64,000 bases of DNA from an uncultured virus (IMG/VR IMGVR_UViG_3300027687_000007) (IMGVR_UViG_3300027687_000007); one strand, 5' to 3'; counted from the first letter of the stretch, positions 49,801 through 58,767 are shown. Numbers and translations are program-made. Notes: generated by a model from the sequence alone, not told the origin.

Positions 49801-51802
49801 TACCTTCTTTAATAATAAAAGATGACATGCTCCCTACAGCTGTATTATCTACTTTTGTCCACGTTGTGTTCCCAAATACAGCCCAATCACCTACTGCCCA
49901 ATCCGTAATACCATTTAAGTTTGTACTACCTGCAACCGATACTATATAATAATCTCCTGATGTACCTACGTTGCTTGCAAGTGTCGGTGTGTTTGTACTA
50001 GCGTTCCATGTACCTTCAAATTGCAACACGCCAGTTAAAGCCGTATTGATAGCTGTTTGTATCTGTGCTCCAGTTGCTAAATTAGCAGAAGACAAATTTA
50101 CTGTACCTGTTACTGGTGTTAATGTTTTTGCTGTTGTTCCGCTAGAAGTTAAAGTAGAACTATTTCCAGTTGCAACAGTATTTACTTGACCGGTTGCTCC
50201 TGTAGATACAGCGGTTACTCTACCATATGCATCTAAAGTTATTTGATCAATTTTAATACTATTAGATGTAGATCCATAAAATCCAGCCCCTGCACCAGCA
50301 GTTGCTAAACTTAAAGTTCCTGTGGAAGTAATTGTCCCACCAGTTAATCCAGTGCCAGTTGCAACTGATGTTACTCCCGCACTAGAACTTGTACCTGCAC
50401 CTATTAAGCTTCTAACCTCAGCTGCTGATATACCTGAATTTAAGCTTGGTGTTGAACCATTAGATAAAATTGCAGGTGTACCTGTGTCATTGACAACCCC
50501 TAGGTTAGTCCTTGCCCCAGACGCAGTACTTGATCCAGTGCCCCCATTTGCTACAGATAAGTCTGTACCTGACCAGTTTCCGTTGTTAATACTAACTGAT
50601 CCACCTAAAGTAATAGTGCCTGTAGAAGTTATTGTTCCTCCAGTTAATGTTATTCCATTTACACTGCCACTTGTTGCGACAGATGTTACTCCTGCACTAC
50701 TTGATGTTCCTGCACCAATTAAACTTCTAACTTCTGCTGCACTAATACCACTATTTAAACTTGGCGTTGAACCATTGCTTAATATAGCTGGAACACCAGT
50801 ATCACCGGTTACTGTACAATTTAATGTTACTGAACCTGAAGCTCCACCACCACTCATGCCTGTACCTGCAACCACTGCTGTTATATCTCCAACATTTGAT
50901 GTAAAACCAGAATCATTGTTCATGATGCTTAGAGGTAAATCCACAAACTGGCCGCTTACTGATTCTCCACTTCCCGAAGAATCGGCGCCGTAAATAAACA
51001 TGTCATCAGCATCAGGAACGTTTCCAGTTGGAGCAGCCATAACAATAGAATCAGCACCTGTGTAATCTACAGATACAGTTCCTGAACCGGTTATAGTTCC
51101 GCCTGTTAATCCTGATCCTGTAGCCACAGAAGTTACTCCTGCAGATGAACTAGTTCCTGCTCCAATTAAAGATCTTACTTCAGCCGCTGATATACCTGAG
51201 TTTAATGAAGGCGTACTGCCATTACTTAACATTGCTGGCGTACCAGTATCATTAACAACTCCTAAGTTAGTTCTAGCAGCAGATGCTGAGCTTGCACCTG
51301 TTCCTCCGTTAACAACTGATAAATCTGTGCCTGACCAATCACTATTGCTGATAGCAAGAGTTCCACCCAATACTATAGTTCCTGAAGAGGTAATAGTGCC
51401 TCCAGTTAGTGTTAGTCCGTTTTTTGTGCCTGATGTAGCTACAGAAGTTACACCTGAAGACGTAACGTATCTACCATCTAAATCTACTGTTAAAGTACTT
51501 AAACCATTTCTAGTAGCACTTAAAATTCCATTAGTAGTATTAAAACCTAGGCCAGTTAAATAATTATTACTTCCTGAATCGTCCGCCCAAGAAGCTGTAA
51601 TAGTCCCACCGTCTTGTTGAGTAGCTGTTAATGTTTTTGTATTAGTTCCTGATACAGCTAAACCTACTATAGAGTTGTCATACGAAGTATTCCACTGAGT
51701 AGATGTACCGCCAGGCGCCGTCATTATACCACCAGAGGTTATAATTCCTCCGGTGGTTAACGAGCCTTTTACATCTTGATCTGCATAATATATTATAGCC
51801 AT
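46880..51802 (-). CDS. long tail fibre with C-terminal intramolecular chaperone (peptidase S74-like)
   Basis: Gly/Thr/Ser repeats; SDIRIKENI...GVIAQEVE...LINAIKEQQ. Confidence 0.9.
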   Translation of the reverse strand: MAIIYYADQDVKGSLTTGGIITSGGIMTAPGGTSTQWNTSYDNSIVGLAVSGTNTKTLTATQQDGGTITASWADDSGSNNYLTGLGFNTTNGILSATRNGLSTLTVDLDGRYVTSSGVTSVATSGTKNGLTLTGGTITSSGTIVLGGTLAISNSDWSGTDLSVVNGGTGASSASAARTNLGVVNDTGTPAMLSNGSTPSLNSGISAAEVRSLIGAGTSSSAGVTSVATGSGLTGGTITGSGTVSVDYTGADSIVMAAPTGNVPDADDMFIYGADSSGSGESVSGQFVDLPLSIMNNDSGFTSNVGDITAVVAGTGMSGGGASGSVTLNCTVTGDTGVPAILSNGSTPSLNSGISAAEVRSLIGAGTSSSAGVTSVATSGSVNGITLTGGTITSTGTITLGGSVSINNGNWSGTDLSVANGGTGSSTASGARTNLGVVNDTGTPAILSNGSTPSLNSGISAAEVRSLIGAGTSSSAGVTSVATGTGLTGGTITSTGTLSLATAGAGAGFYGSTSNSIKIDQITLDAYGRVTAVSTGATGQVNTVATGNSSTLTSSGTTAKTLTPVTGTVNLSSANLATGAQIQTAINTALTGVLQFEGTWNASTNTPTLASNVGTSGDYYIVSVAGSTNLNGITDWAVGDWAVFGNTTWTKVDNTAVGSMSSFIIKEGNGTETSTVTNGETITFAQGTGIQSELTSTSSGGTLTITNTSPNIVQTTVSGNAGSVTNGVYTIGTQSIGGAKTFTTTPISVTRSTADSSTYLATTAFVKNQGYTSNVGDITGVTAGNKLTGGGTSGTVTLGLASNNISQWTNDSGYTTNVGDITAVTAGTGLSGGGSSGAVTLTLDLGELAVGGTLIATDYLIAENGGVDNRQLISSIPLSIFSNNAGWTSNSGDITGVTAGSGISGGGTSGTVTITNSAPNIVQTTISGNAYSATVLQTARTIAGVSFNGSANISLNNNAITNGAGYTGNVGDITGVTAGTGITGGGTSGTVTISHADTSSQATVNNSGNTYIQDVTLDTFGHVTGLVSSTTTLGGLGFTGATNANYITNNNQLSNGAGYTTNTGTVTGTVSASESINTIAQRNSSGYLFASYFNGSGTFSTTGASSGMGLFTGTNGTDTYGRSYTAAAARTLLNVANGATNVTNNNQLTNGAGYVTSSGNTTIGTSTNIGISAGGAVLSSVNLTQGVITSFATRTMTLANLGYTGATNANYITNNNQLANGAGYTTSVGDITNVSAGSGLTGGGSSGSVTLNVDYAGSDSIVMAAPGGSTPDGDDYMIYGSDSSSDGSSLKTQFVDLPLSIFDNDAGFKSSAVTSIATTSPILGGTITSTGTLSLKVPVSGAWHNGGVAIVGAVTEVGRYIDFHTSNTGTSDYDVRMDANGTELLISGNVRASGNLEAVGNIVAGYVRSTGGSAYQPAHSFNSDTNTGMFNPAADTLQFSTGGAYRWSTNNYATIINQDCGIGVTPLAKFHVNGVSIVRSSTGVGDFFLGNNATANHFRFHTNNSDTYFDMNCGNVYWRDGGSIRYRFFPSTANMTINGTLTQNSDIRIKENIVEIDDCIGKVQAMRGVYYNRTDFNTGPTKVGVIAQEVEAVLPELILENEDDGLKSVAYSELTAVLINAIKEQQEIIEDLKTRVEQLEK
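50355..51250 (-). repeat. three copies of a ~45-aa module within the tail fibre
   Basis: DTG[TV]PA[MI]LSNGSTPSLNSGISAAEVRSLIGAGTSSSAGVTSVAT at about 51250, 50803 and 50489. Confidence 0.9.
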
Positions 51803-51844
51803 TTACATTTAGTTTATTTATTAATTAAATTTAATTGAATTTTA

Positions 51845-54193
51845 TTATCCTATTCTACTTACTAACACTATAACTCCACCTGAAGGGAAAGTACCAGTAC
51901 CGCTAATAGTAACTTGATTTACTGAATTTCTTTCTACCTCCATGTGTATTGTGTCTTTTGTAGTTTCATCATAAATCTGAACCATTACATCAAAAGTACC
52001 TAAACTATGGGTTATAGCTCCATAAGCTGTTACTGTTCCAGACTTAAAAGTATGTAACTGAAGAAGATCTTGAATAAGTGTTTTTACATTTCCAGCATCA
52101 TCTGTTCTAACAGCAACATAAGATTCATCTGCAATTGGCGCTGATTCAACAGTAAGACTATCTATGTCTAGTCCAACAACAACAGCTCCTGTTGTAGGTG
52201 TAACTGACATACCATCTAAGTCAGCGTTTGTAGCTGCTGTAACTGAATCAACCGGTGTTGAATCTGTAGGAGTAACCCACGTACCATCACCACGTAAGAA
52301 TGTAGTATTAGTACCGCCAGAAGGAACATAACCAACTCTAGTTGTGCCTGCGTAAGATTTTGAAGTTAAATTTAATGCTCTTCCAACTATAGCGGCATCT
52401 AAAGGTACGCCTGTTGAAGCTCCTAAAGCTAAAGTAACACTTGTTACACCAGTGTCTGAACCAGCTGTCCAAGGCACGTTAACTACTAACTGATCACTTG
52501 AATCAACTTGCAATTCATACGTTCTATCAGCTGTAGCGGAAACTCCCGCTTTTGCTACTGTTTGAACTGTTGCGTTTACATTAGCATCAATAGTATTAGT
52601 ATTTAAACTTAAACCTGTTCCCGCAGCTCTTTGAGTGTTTGTATCTGTTGGAACAACCCAAGTACCATCACCTCTTAAAAACGTAGTACCACCACCACCA
52701 GAAGGTACAACACCTAATGTTGAAGCTCCGCCGTATATATCAGAAGTAACAAATCCATTTGCTGTTACACTAAATGTAGCAGAATCAAAACCTGCAATAC
52801 CTTTTGTAGTAGCGCCATCAGTTGCTCCTTCGCCCGCTACTTCTTGTCCAGACTGAACAACTGTCCAGTTACCAAATGTAGCACCTGGATTATCTTGATT
52901 TGCAAATATTAAATCACCTGGCTGTACTGTTTCAGCAAAGAATGTTCCAGCTTCTGTTACTGCCCAGAAATAACCTTGTTGTATTGAAGTTGCAGGGCTT
53001 GTATCTAAATCAGGTGTGTTAGTTGCTGCGTTGTATCCGCCTTGAAATGCTGAAGTACCAGCAATAAGTGTTTCAACTTGACCTAAATTAACAGCGTCTC
53101 CACTAAGAGTACCAGAGGCTAAGCTTCGTATCTTAGATGCGTTCATGTCTATAACGCCAGTCATATCTAAATCACCACCAACTGAAAGATCTGCTCCAAT
53201 AGCAGCGGAAGCAGTTATATCAAGCGATCCTGCAGTAAACAATCCGCCTATTGTAACAGCGTTTGGTAAACCAACAGTAACACTACCATTATTTCCAACA
53301 GATTCTGAAATAGCTATTTGACTAGTTGTACCGTTTATTGTTACGGCAGACTTGACACCAGTACCAGTACCTCCAGCTGTTAAATTAAGAACAGCAGAAT
53401 TAGCGCCTCCAGCGGCAACTGGTAACGTATATGTTTCGTTTGTATTGGATGGGGTTGTGTATGTTACTCTTTTGTTAGTACTATCAAAAGCAATACTTGC
53501 ACCTCCTCCAGCAGCAAATTGTAAATCTACAGTGTCAGTTACAGCAAATTGTTCTGTACCACCATCATCAGCAATACCTAATGAAGTTGTATTTGCTGTA
53601 CCGTTTACAGTTACAGCACCTGTTGCGCCACTTACCGTTATATTAGTACCAGCTACAATGCTTGTTACACCTGTATTGGTAATTGTTAATAGATTAGGTG
53701 TAGCGGTTGAAACTGCTGTGCTTATACCTGTTCCACCTGTGAAATCTACTCTTAAGCCATCCGTTATATTTACAGCTGTACCAGTATCTCCTTCTAAACT
53801 CCAAGACGTATATGATCCTGCTGGTGTTGCCCAAACATTATCACCTCTTAAGAAAGTAGTGCCTCCTGGTGTTCCAGTTGCAGAAAGATCTATAACACCT
53901 GTTGATACAAGTCCTTTTGCGTTTGTATTTACTACAGCCGCTGAAACAAACGTTCCATTTGCATTTGTAAAGCCTGATACACCAGATCCAGATCCATCCA
54001 TTGAAACCCATGAGGTTCCATTGTAGAATTTCATAATTTTGGATGTGACATCCATGTACATCTGACCTATTACTTCATTTCCTGTTGCAGGAGCGGAGGT
54101 CTCATTATCTACTACTGGTAGTAATAGTTCATTGTAGTTGAATTCAATATCAGAACCTATTAGTCCAATATTAGCGTAATAATTAATTGCCAT
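51845..54193 (-). CDS. tail fibre protein
   Basis: three TTFLRGD..W motifs, DAVNLGQ, YNAATNTP; N-terminus MAINYYA resembles MAIIYYA of 46880. Confidence 0.8.
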   Translation of the reverse strand: MAINYYANIGLIGSDIEFNYNELLLPVVDNETSAPATGNEVIGQMYMDVTSKIMKFYNGTSWVSMDGSGSGVSGFTNANGTFVSAAVVNTNAKGLVSTGVIDLSATGTPGGTTFLRGDNVWATPAGSYTSWSLEGDTGTAVNITDGLRVDFTGGTGISTAVSTATPNLLTITNTGVTSIVAGTNITVSGATGAVTVNGTANTTSLGIADDGGTEQFAVTDTVDLQFAAGGGASIAFDSTNKRVTYTTPSNTNETYTLPVAAGGANSAVLNLTAGGTGTGVKSAVTINGTTSQIAISESVGNNGSVTVGLPNAVTIGGLFTAGSLDITASAAIGADLSVGGDLDMTGVIDMNASKIRSLASGTLSGDAVNLGQVETLIAGTSAFQGGYNAATNTPDLDTSPATSIQQGYFWAVTEAGTFFAETVQPGDLIFANQDNPGATFGNWTVVQSGQEVAGEGATDGATTKGIAGFDSATFSVTANGFVTSDIYGGASTLGVVPSGGGGTTFLRGDGTWVVPTDTNTQRAAGTGLSLNTNTIDANVNATVQTVAKAGVSATADRTYELQVDSSDQLVVNVPWTAGSDTGVTSVTLALGASTGVPLDAAIVGRALNLTSKSYAGTTRVGYVPSGGTNTTFLRGDGTWVTPTDSTPVDSVTAATNADLDGMSVTPTTGAVVVGLDIDSLTVESAPIADESYVAVRTDDAGNVKTLIQDLLQLHTFKSGTVTAYGAITHSLGTFDVMVQIYDETTKDTIHMEVERNSVNQVTISGTGTFPSGGVIVLVSRIG

Positions 54194-54209
54194 AGTTTTT
54201 TTTGTTAGT

Positions 54210-54914
54210 TTAGTTTAAAATTGATGACCCCGCTATATTGCTGTTAAAGTCGACTGTTATTGTTGTTGCGTTAGTATATTCAACTGCTCCGTATATTTCA
54301 TCTCCACCGTTATCAATTAACGTTACAGATGGTTCTGCTTTGCCTGTTGTATTATTAATCACCCATTGATTGGACGCATTAAAGTTTTGTTTTAAGTTTA
54401 CATCTCCACCACCCGATATATTAAAATCTATAACAGTGTACTGAGTACCTTGCTGTGCTATAGTACCGTTTCCTCCGATGTATGTTATTGTTGCTATGTA
54501 GTAACTAGCTGTTGCCGGATCTACTGTATACGTATCTAATTTATAATGGCCAAATTGACTTATCTGATCTCCTTGGCCAATCAATATATCTGTTCCTACT
54601 AAGTAGTCAAGAAATGCCACTACATTTTGTTTGTTTGCTTCTGTAATAGAAAATCTTAATTCAGTTAAAGTATTAAAAGCAGTCCCAGATCCACCGCCGC
54701 CGGTTTTAGATACTGTACCTACCCCGCCGTTTTGTGTGTCGGACCATGTGAATATCATTTGCCCGCCAACACTTACCTTACCACTTAAGTTTAAGTAATT
54801 AGCTACCGCTGATGCTGTGAATTGCTTCGTGCTACGGTTACCCGCGTTTGTGCCTATCCAAGCATCGTTGTCAGTAACAACTGGTTTATATGGATACGAA
54901 CTTATTCTTGCCAT
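54210..54914 (-). CDS. tail/fibre-associated structural protein
   Basis: MARISSYP N-terminus, beta-rich. Confidence 0.6.
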   Translation of the reverse strand: MARISSYPYKPVVTDNDAWIGTNAGNRSTKQFTASAVANYLNLSGKVSVGGQMIFTWSDTQNGGVGTVSKTGGGGSGTAFNTLTELRFSITEANKQNVVAFLDYLVGTDILIGQGDQISQFGHYKLDTYTVDPATASYYIATITYIGGNGTIAQQGTQYTVIDFNISGGGDVNLKQNFNASNQWVINNTTGKAEPSVTLIDNGGDEIYGAVEYTNATTITVDFNSNIAGSSILN

Positions 54915-54925
54915 GTTTTATTTTT

Positions 54926-55393
54926 TTATGCGTAGACTCTTATTTCTATCGATGCTCCTGTTAGAAGTGAATCGAAACTAGTGTCTATGGTTACGGTAGT
55001 TGTGGTAGGACTTGCCCACTCTATGTTAGCAGTTGCTGTTGCAGAACCTCCATTTATAAATACCATTGTTTTGTTTAAGGTAAAGAAAGAATCTGCTATA
55101 GTAGCAGTATATGCGCCTGCTCCTGTTCTTGTCCATGCTATTGTTCCACCTGTAGTGTTTTGCATTATTGTAGCAACTGGTGGATTAACAACTCCTGCTT
55201 GCGTGAGTAAAGCTGTATATACTTTATAACCTCCAGCGAAACCTGTGTTTATAAGTGAAGCTACATTAGATAGTGTAAAGTTTCTAGTTAAATTGGCTTC
55301 TCCACCATCTAGTTGCTGCACGTTCATCTGTGTTCCTACGAGTAGTGTGTCTGCAGCCGGTGTACCCAGTGGGTATGATATTATATCTGCCAT
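54926..55393 (-). CDS. tail/fibre-associated structural protein
   Basis: MADIISYP; YKVYTALLTQ...WTRTGAGAY...IEIRVY. Confidence 0.6.
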   Translation of the reverse strand: MADIISYPLGTPAADTLLVGTQMNVQQLDGGEANLTRNFTLSNVASLINTGFAGGYKVYTALLTQAGVVNPPVATIMQNTTGGTIAWTRTGAGAYTATIADSFFTLNKTMVFINGGSATATANIEWASPTTTTVTIDTSFDSLLTGASIEIRVYA

Positions 55394-55450
55394 TTATTTT
55401 GTGTTTGTTATATCCTATATACTTACATATTTAAAGAAGTTTTTACAAGT

Positions 55451-55495
55451 GTGACAATAGGTAGTTACTTATATAACTTATAAGGCTTATGTCAC
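55451..55495 (-). promoter_or_regulatory. 45-bp GTGACA-N33-TGTCAC element, copy 1
   Basis: reverse complement aligns without gaps to 62226..62270. Confidence 0.65.
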
Positions 55496-55697
55496 TAAAA
55501 TAAAAAAGTATTACAAATACAGGGCAGTAGCACCCCTCCTCTCCTTTTCACTCTTCACTTTCTCAGTAAAACGCTTATTTTTACGCCGTCCCCAGCCACT
55601 TTTCACTCGTTTCACATGTTTTATTAGACATTTTCCTCCACATTCCACATAACCTATTCACATTACAATTCACATTCACTCAAAACAATTCACATAT

Positions 55698-55740
55698 TTA
55701 CATACAAAATACTTTCGGTAACAGATAATATAAATGTAAC
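55698..55740 (+). promoter_or_regulatory. early promoter-like repeat 1
   Basis: TTACAtACAAAATA-N10-CAGATAATATAAATGTAAC. Confidence 0.75.
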
Positions 55741-55757
55741 AAACAAACATTAATACT

Positions 55758-55856
55758 ATGTCAAAAGAAAAAATCAGTAACATTATCGGTCTCACTATCA
55801 CATTTGGTTTCATCATTCCATCACTAATAATAGTAACAATCCACATAATGAGTTAG
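55758..55856 (+). CDS. 32-aa single-TM protein (not in ORF track)
   Basis: MSKEKISNIIGLTITFGFIIPSLIIVTIHIMS directly after repeat 1. Confidence 0.55.
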   Translation: MSKEKISNIIGLTITFGFIIPSLIIVTIHIMS

Positions 55857-55952
55857 TTATAGTAAGTATGACATTGTGTCATAAGTCAGACATATTGACA
55901 TGTCGACTAAGTACTTAACCACTTTTACAACTACTAAATAAATATACACTCT

Positions 55953-55995
55953 TTACAAACAAAATACTATATCAAACAGATAATATAAATGTAAC
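55953..55995 (+). promoter_or_regulatory. early promoter-like repeat 2
   Basis: TTACAAACAAAATA-N10-CAGATAATATAAATGTAAC. Confidence 0.75.
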
Positions 55996-56209
55996 CAATT
56001 AAAACTATATATTATTAAACTATCAATCAACAAATATCAAATCAAAAAAACTATTAATATTCTAACAAATAATCATTACAATATTAAATCTTTAAATAAT
56101 AAAATAATTATATTATCTCAATATCAAACTAATAATATAACTAAATTACTAAATACTAATTATATAATATATAAAATAAATAAATAATAATAACTTAAAT
56201 AAATAAACT

Positions 56210-56437
56210 ATGTCAAAATTAAATTCAAAAAGATTCGTCATCAGACAATCACTAATCGGAAAAAATCAAATCATTGAAGTAACATTCAAAAATGGAAAAT
56301 CAGTAACTTATAATCACGATAAAGTGTATGAAGTTATGAAGTCTAAACTTCAAACTATGAATTGTTTCTTAAAGTATAAATCTTATACATCTTCTACTTC
56401 AGTTCCAGTACTCGTCAGAGATTTAATGGAAGTGTAA
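56210..56437 (+). CDS. hypothetical early protein
   Basis: 75 aa, A-rich leader (AATAAACTATG). Confidence 0.7.
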   Translation: MSKLNSKRFVIRQSLIGKNQIIEVTFKNGKSVTYNHDKVYEVMKSKLQTMNCFLKYKSYTSSTSVPVLVRDLMEV

Positions 56438-56539
56438 TGACAATCTGTCATGACAAGGTGACTCACCGAACCAGAATGATACACAAACTGGTGAGATCTT
56501 AAGACATAATGGTTAGTAGTGGTTCGATTCCACTCATGT

Positions 56540-56582
56540 CTACAAACAAAATATTATTACTAACAGATAATATATACGAAAT
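56540..56582 (+). promoter_or_regulatory. early promoter-like repeat 3
   Basis: cTACAAACAAAATA-N10-CAGATAATATA. Confidence 0.7.
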
Positions 56583-56601
56583 CAATAAATAAATAATAAA
56601 T

Positions 56602-56724
56602 ATGAAAAAATTAATCAATCAAATCCAATCTCAATTTCCATTCAATCCATTGACCGACTGTCGAGAAAAATATAATGAAATGATTCAAGATTATTTATAT
56701 GAAGAAATAATAATAAATCTATAA
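56602..56724 (+). CDS. 40-aa hypothetical protein (not in ORF track)
   Basis: MKKLINQIQSQFPFNP...; tight packing. Confidence 0.5.
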   Translation: MKKLINQIQSQFPFNPLTDCREKYNEMIQDYLYEEIIINL

Positions 56725-56725
56725 T

Positions 56726-56866
56726 ATGAATTATATTAAAAACCAAATACTAAGAGACGAGATGTATAGTGATCTGATTCAAGATTACGATACTTCTAAC
56801 ATGAGTGAACAAGAACTATCTAACACTCACGATAAAATAATAACTATAATAAATAATAAACTATGA
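56726..56866 (+). CDS. 46-aa hypothetical protein (not in ORF track)
   Basis: MNYIKNQILRDEMYSDLIQDY...; ATGA overlap with the next ORF. Confidence 0.55.
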   Translation: MNYIKNQILRDEMYSDLIQDYDTSNMSEQELSNTHDKIITIINNKL

Positions 56867-56997
56867 AATATACACTAACTTGTAATAACGGTAAAGAAAT
56901 CGACATGACTTCTTACATAATCCAACAATCAGAAAACAAAATAACTAGACAAGATGTTCTTAACAGAATAGAGTTCTATAAATCAACTAATCAATAA
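56863..56997 (+). CDS. 44-aa hypothetical protein (not in ORF track)
   Basis: MKYTLTCNNGKEIDMTSYI... Confidence 0.55.
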   Translation: MKYTLTCNNGKEIDMTSYIIQQSENKITRQDVLNRIEFYKSTNQ

Positions 56998-57001
56998 TAC
57001 T

Positions 57002-57121
57002 ATGGGACATATGAACACCTACTTACTTAAAATAAGTTACAGAAAATACAATAAATGTTACAGTGAATTAACTAGTGACGAAAGATCAACCGTTTTAAAT
57101 ATATACTATGACTTCTACTAA
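57002..57121 (+). CDS. 39-aa hypothetical protein (not in ORF track)
   Basis: MGHMNTYLLKISYRKYNKCYSELTSDER... Confidence 0.5.
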   Translation: MGHMNTYLLKISYRKYNKCYSELTSDERSTVLNIYYDFY

Positions 57122-57314
57122 ATTCAATGATTACCCTCAAGAACAGATCGACGCAAAACTTAAACAAGTCGAAGAGTTCGAATTAAAGTTCGGTGAAAAA
57201 TCCGTAAGTAAATCATGGAGAAAATGGTGTACTGACGCGAGATATAGACAAAACGAGTGGCAATTCAGACAGAACATAGCGAATTCAATAACAAAATCTA
57301 ATACAATAATATGA
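57108..57314 (+). CDS. hypothetical early protein
   Basis: ORF track, coupled overlaps. Confidence 0.6.
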   Translation: MTSTKFNDYPQEQIDAKLKQVEEFELKFGEKSVSKSWRKWCTDARYRQNEWQFRQNIANSITKSNTII

Positions 57315-57508
57315 ATAAAAAGAAAGCGATCACACTAGTGTGTGTAACATTAATGACAACAGGTGGATATCTACTAGGTGTCGACAACGGTAAACAACAG
57401 AAAGTAGATCAAATACTAACTACTATGTCAGATCTTCAAATGGAATGGTATATGTGGCAAGATGTTGAGAAGATAGTAGAATCTAAAAGTATTCATCACT
57501 TTGAATAG
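57311..57508 (+). CDS. hypothetical membrane-anchored early protein
   Basis: basic N-terminus followed by a hydrophobic helix. Confidence 0.55.
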   Translation: MNKKKAITLVCVTLMTTGGYLLGVDNGKQQKVDQILTTMSDLQMEWYMWQDVEKIVESKSIHHFE

Positions 57509-57800
57509 TTTAATGATCGCGATAGCGATATCCTTAACAGGACAAGTAGAAACTAAACTATGTAACTTAAAATGTACTAATCATACTAAAGAAGTCATAA
57601 GAGAAACCTCTCCAGATATCATGGAAGATCCTAGATATTATGATGGTATTGAAAGCGGTTATATATTATTATGTAACGGTGAAGCTGAAGGATTTACTAA
57701 CCACAATACAGGTGAAATCTTCTGTGACGGAACTAATCACGAGTGTAGCGTAAACAATACGTGTAAAGACGGTGAAGGTGAGTGTTTTGTATGTTATTAA
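57501..57800 (+). CDS. Cys-rich hypothetical protein
   Basis: eight Cys, C-terminal ECFVCY; start uncertain. Confidence 0.5.
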   Translation: MNSLMIAIAISLTGQVETKLCNLKCTNHTKEVIRETSPDIMEDPRYYDGIESGYILLCNGEAEGFTNHNTGEIFCDGTNHECSVNNTCKDGEGECFVCY

Positions 57801-57843
57801 TTACAAACAAAATATCGTGTCATACAGATAATATAAATGTAAC
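57801..57843 (+). promoter_or_regulatory. early promoter-like repeat 4
   Basis: full consensus match. Confidence 0.75.
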
Positions 57844-57859
57844 AAATAATAAATAAACT

Positions 57860-58060
57860 ATGCAAAAAATTAAATTCATTAATTCATCAACAATTAAATT
57901 ATCCAATAAAACCTACAAAGGTTATCCTATTGGCGAATTACCTAAAAGATTTGCTTTCATTTACAATGAAGACAACGATCAAGAAGGCATCACAGAATGG
58001 TTCAATTACAAAGGTCTTACCTATGTAGAACATAATCCTTCAATCTGGTCTTATGTCTAG
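57860..58060 (+). CDS. hypothetical early protein
   Basis: ORF after repeat 4. Confidence 0.65.
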   Translation: MQKIKFINSSTIKLSNKTYKGYPIGELPKRFAFIYNEDNDQEGITEWFNYKGLTYVEHNPSIWSYV

Positions 58061-58310
58061 TCCAAGTAATATGAAAGAGCTTCTAATCTATGTCGAAGCA
58101 CAGAAAAAAATCAGAGCAGACGGGCATAGACGTCTAACTCTCCTCAACGGAACGTGTAGTGGACTAACTGACGCAGAGTACAACAGAGTTGTAACCAGAC
58201 AGAAATCTAGTTTCTCAAAAGCTAGAAAGTTCACTCACAACCGTATGTGGCAAGAAACACACAAGAAATTTGACATCAAAGAATTAAAATTAATAAAACA
58301 AACACTATGA
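58053..58310 (+). CDS. hypothetical early protein
   Basis: ORF track, coupled. Confidence 0.6.
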   Translation: MSSPSNMKELLIYVEAQKKIRADGHRRLTLLNGTCSGLTDAEYNRVVTRQKSSFSKARKFTHNRMWQETHKKFDIKELKLIKQTL

Positions 58311-58501
58311 ATCAAGAAAAACTATATTGGAATCCAGAAACTATTGAATACTTTGTATCAATGTTTGAACTTAATGACTTCGCGTCTATATCTAAATCTA
58401 TACTAGCATTTGTAATAGATGATTGTGATCAAACTCACAACTCAGTTCAATTTATATTCAATGATTTAATAACAGAAGTAGAATCTAAAATAAAATACTA
58501 A
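58307..58501 (+). CDS. hypothetical early protein
   Basis: ORF track, coupled. Confidence 0.6.
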   Translation: MNQEKLYWNPETIEYFVSMFELNDFASISKSILAFVIDDCDQTHNSVQFIFNDLITEVESKIKY

Positions 58502-58502
58502 T

Positions 58503-58766
58503 ATGAAATTAATAAAAATTACAAAAGGTGGAGCTCTACATTTTAAATTGAGCGACGGTAGAATAGGCGCTTGTTACGAAAGCGGATACGTAAGAGTTAG
58601 CTCAAAAGGTATTAACAGTAGATTATATCAAATTAATAAAATGATCAAAGTACCAGCTCCTAGTGAGTGGAATAGAGATGACTATTGGCACAGAAGAGTA
58701 TTAATAACTAATTGTGTTGACAGAGTACAATGTTTACTTAACTTTGATAACAATAACTGTAAATAA
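58503..58766 (+). CDS. hypothetical early protein
   Basis: ORF track. Confidence 0.6.
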   Translation: MKLIKITKGGALHFKLSDGRIGACYESGYVRVSSKGINSRLYQINKMIKVPAPSEWNRDDYWHRRVLITNCVDRVQCLLNFDNNNCK

Positions 58767-58767
58767 T

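Noticed and set aside
50322..54026. Long plus-strand ORFs antisense to the tail fibres
   Set aside because: Shadow frames of Gly/Thr/Ser-biased codons
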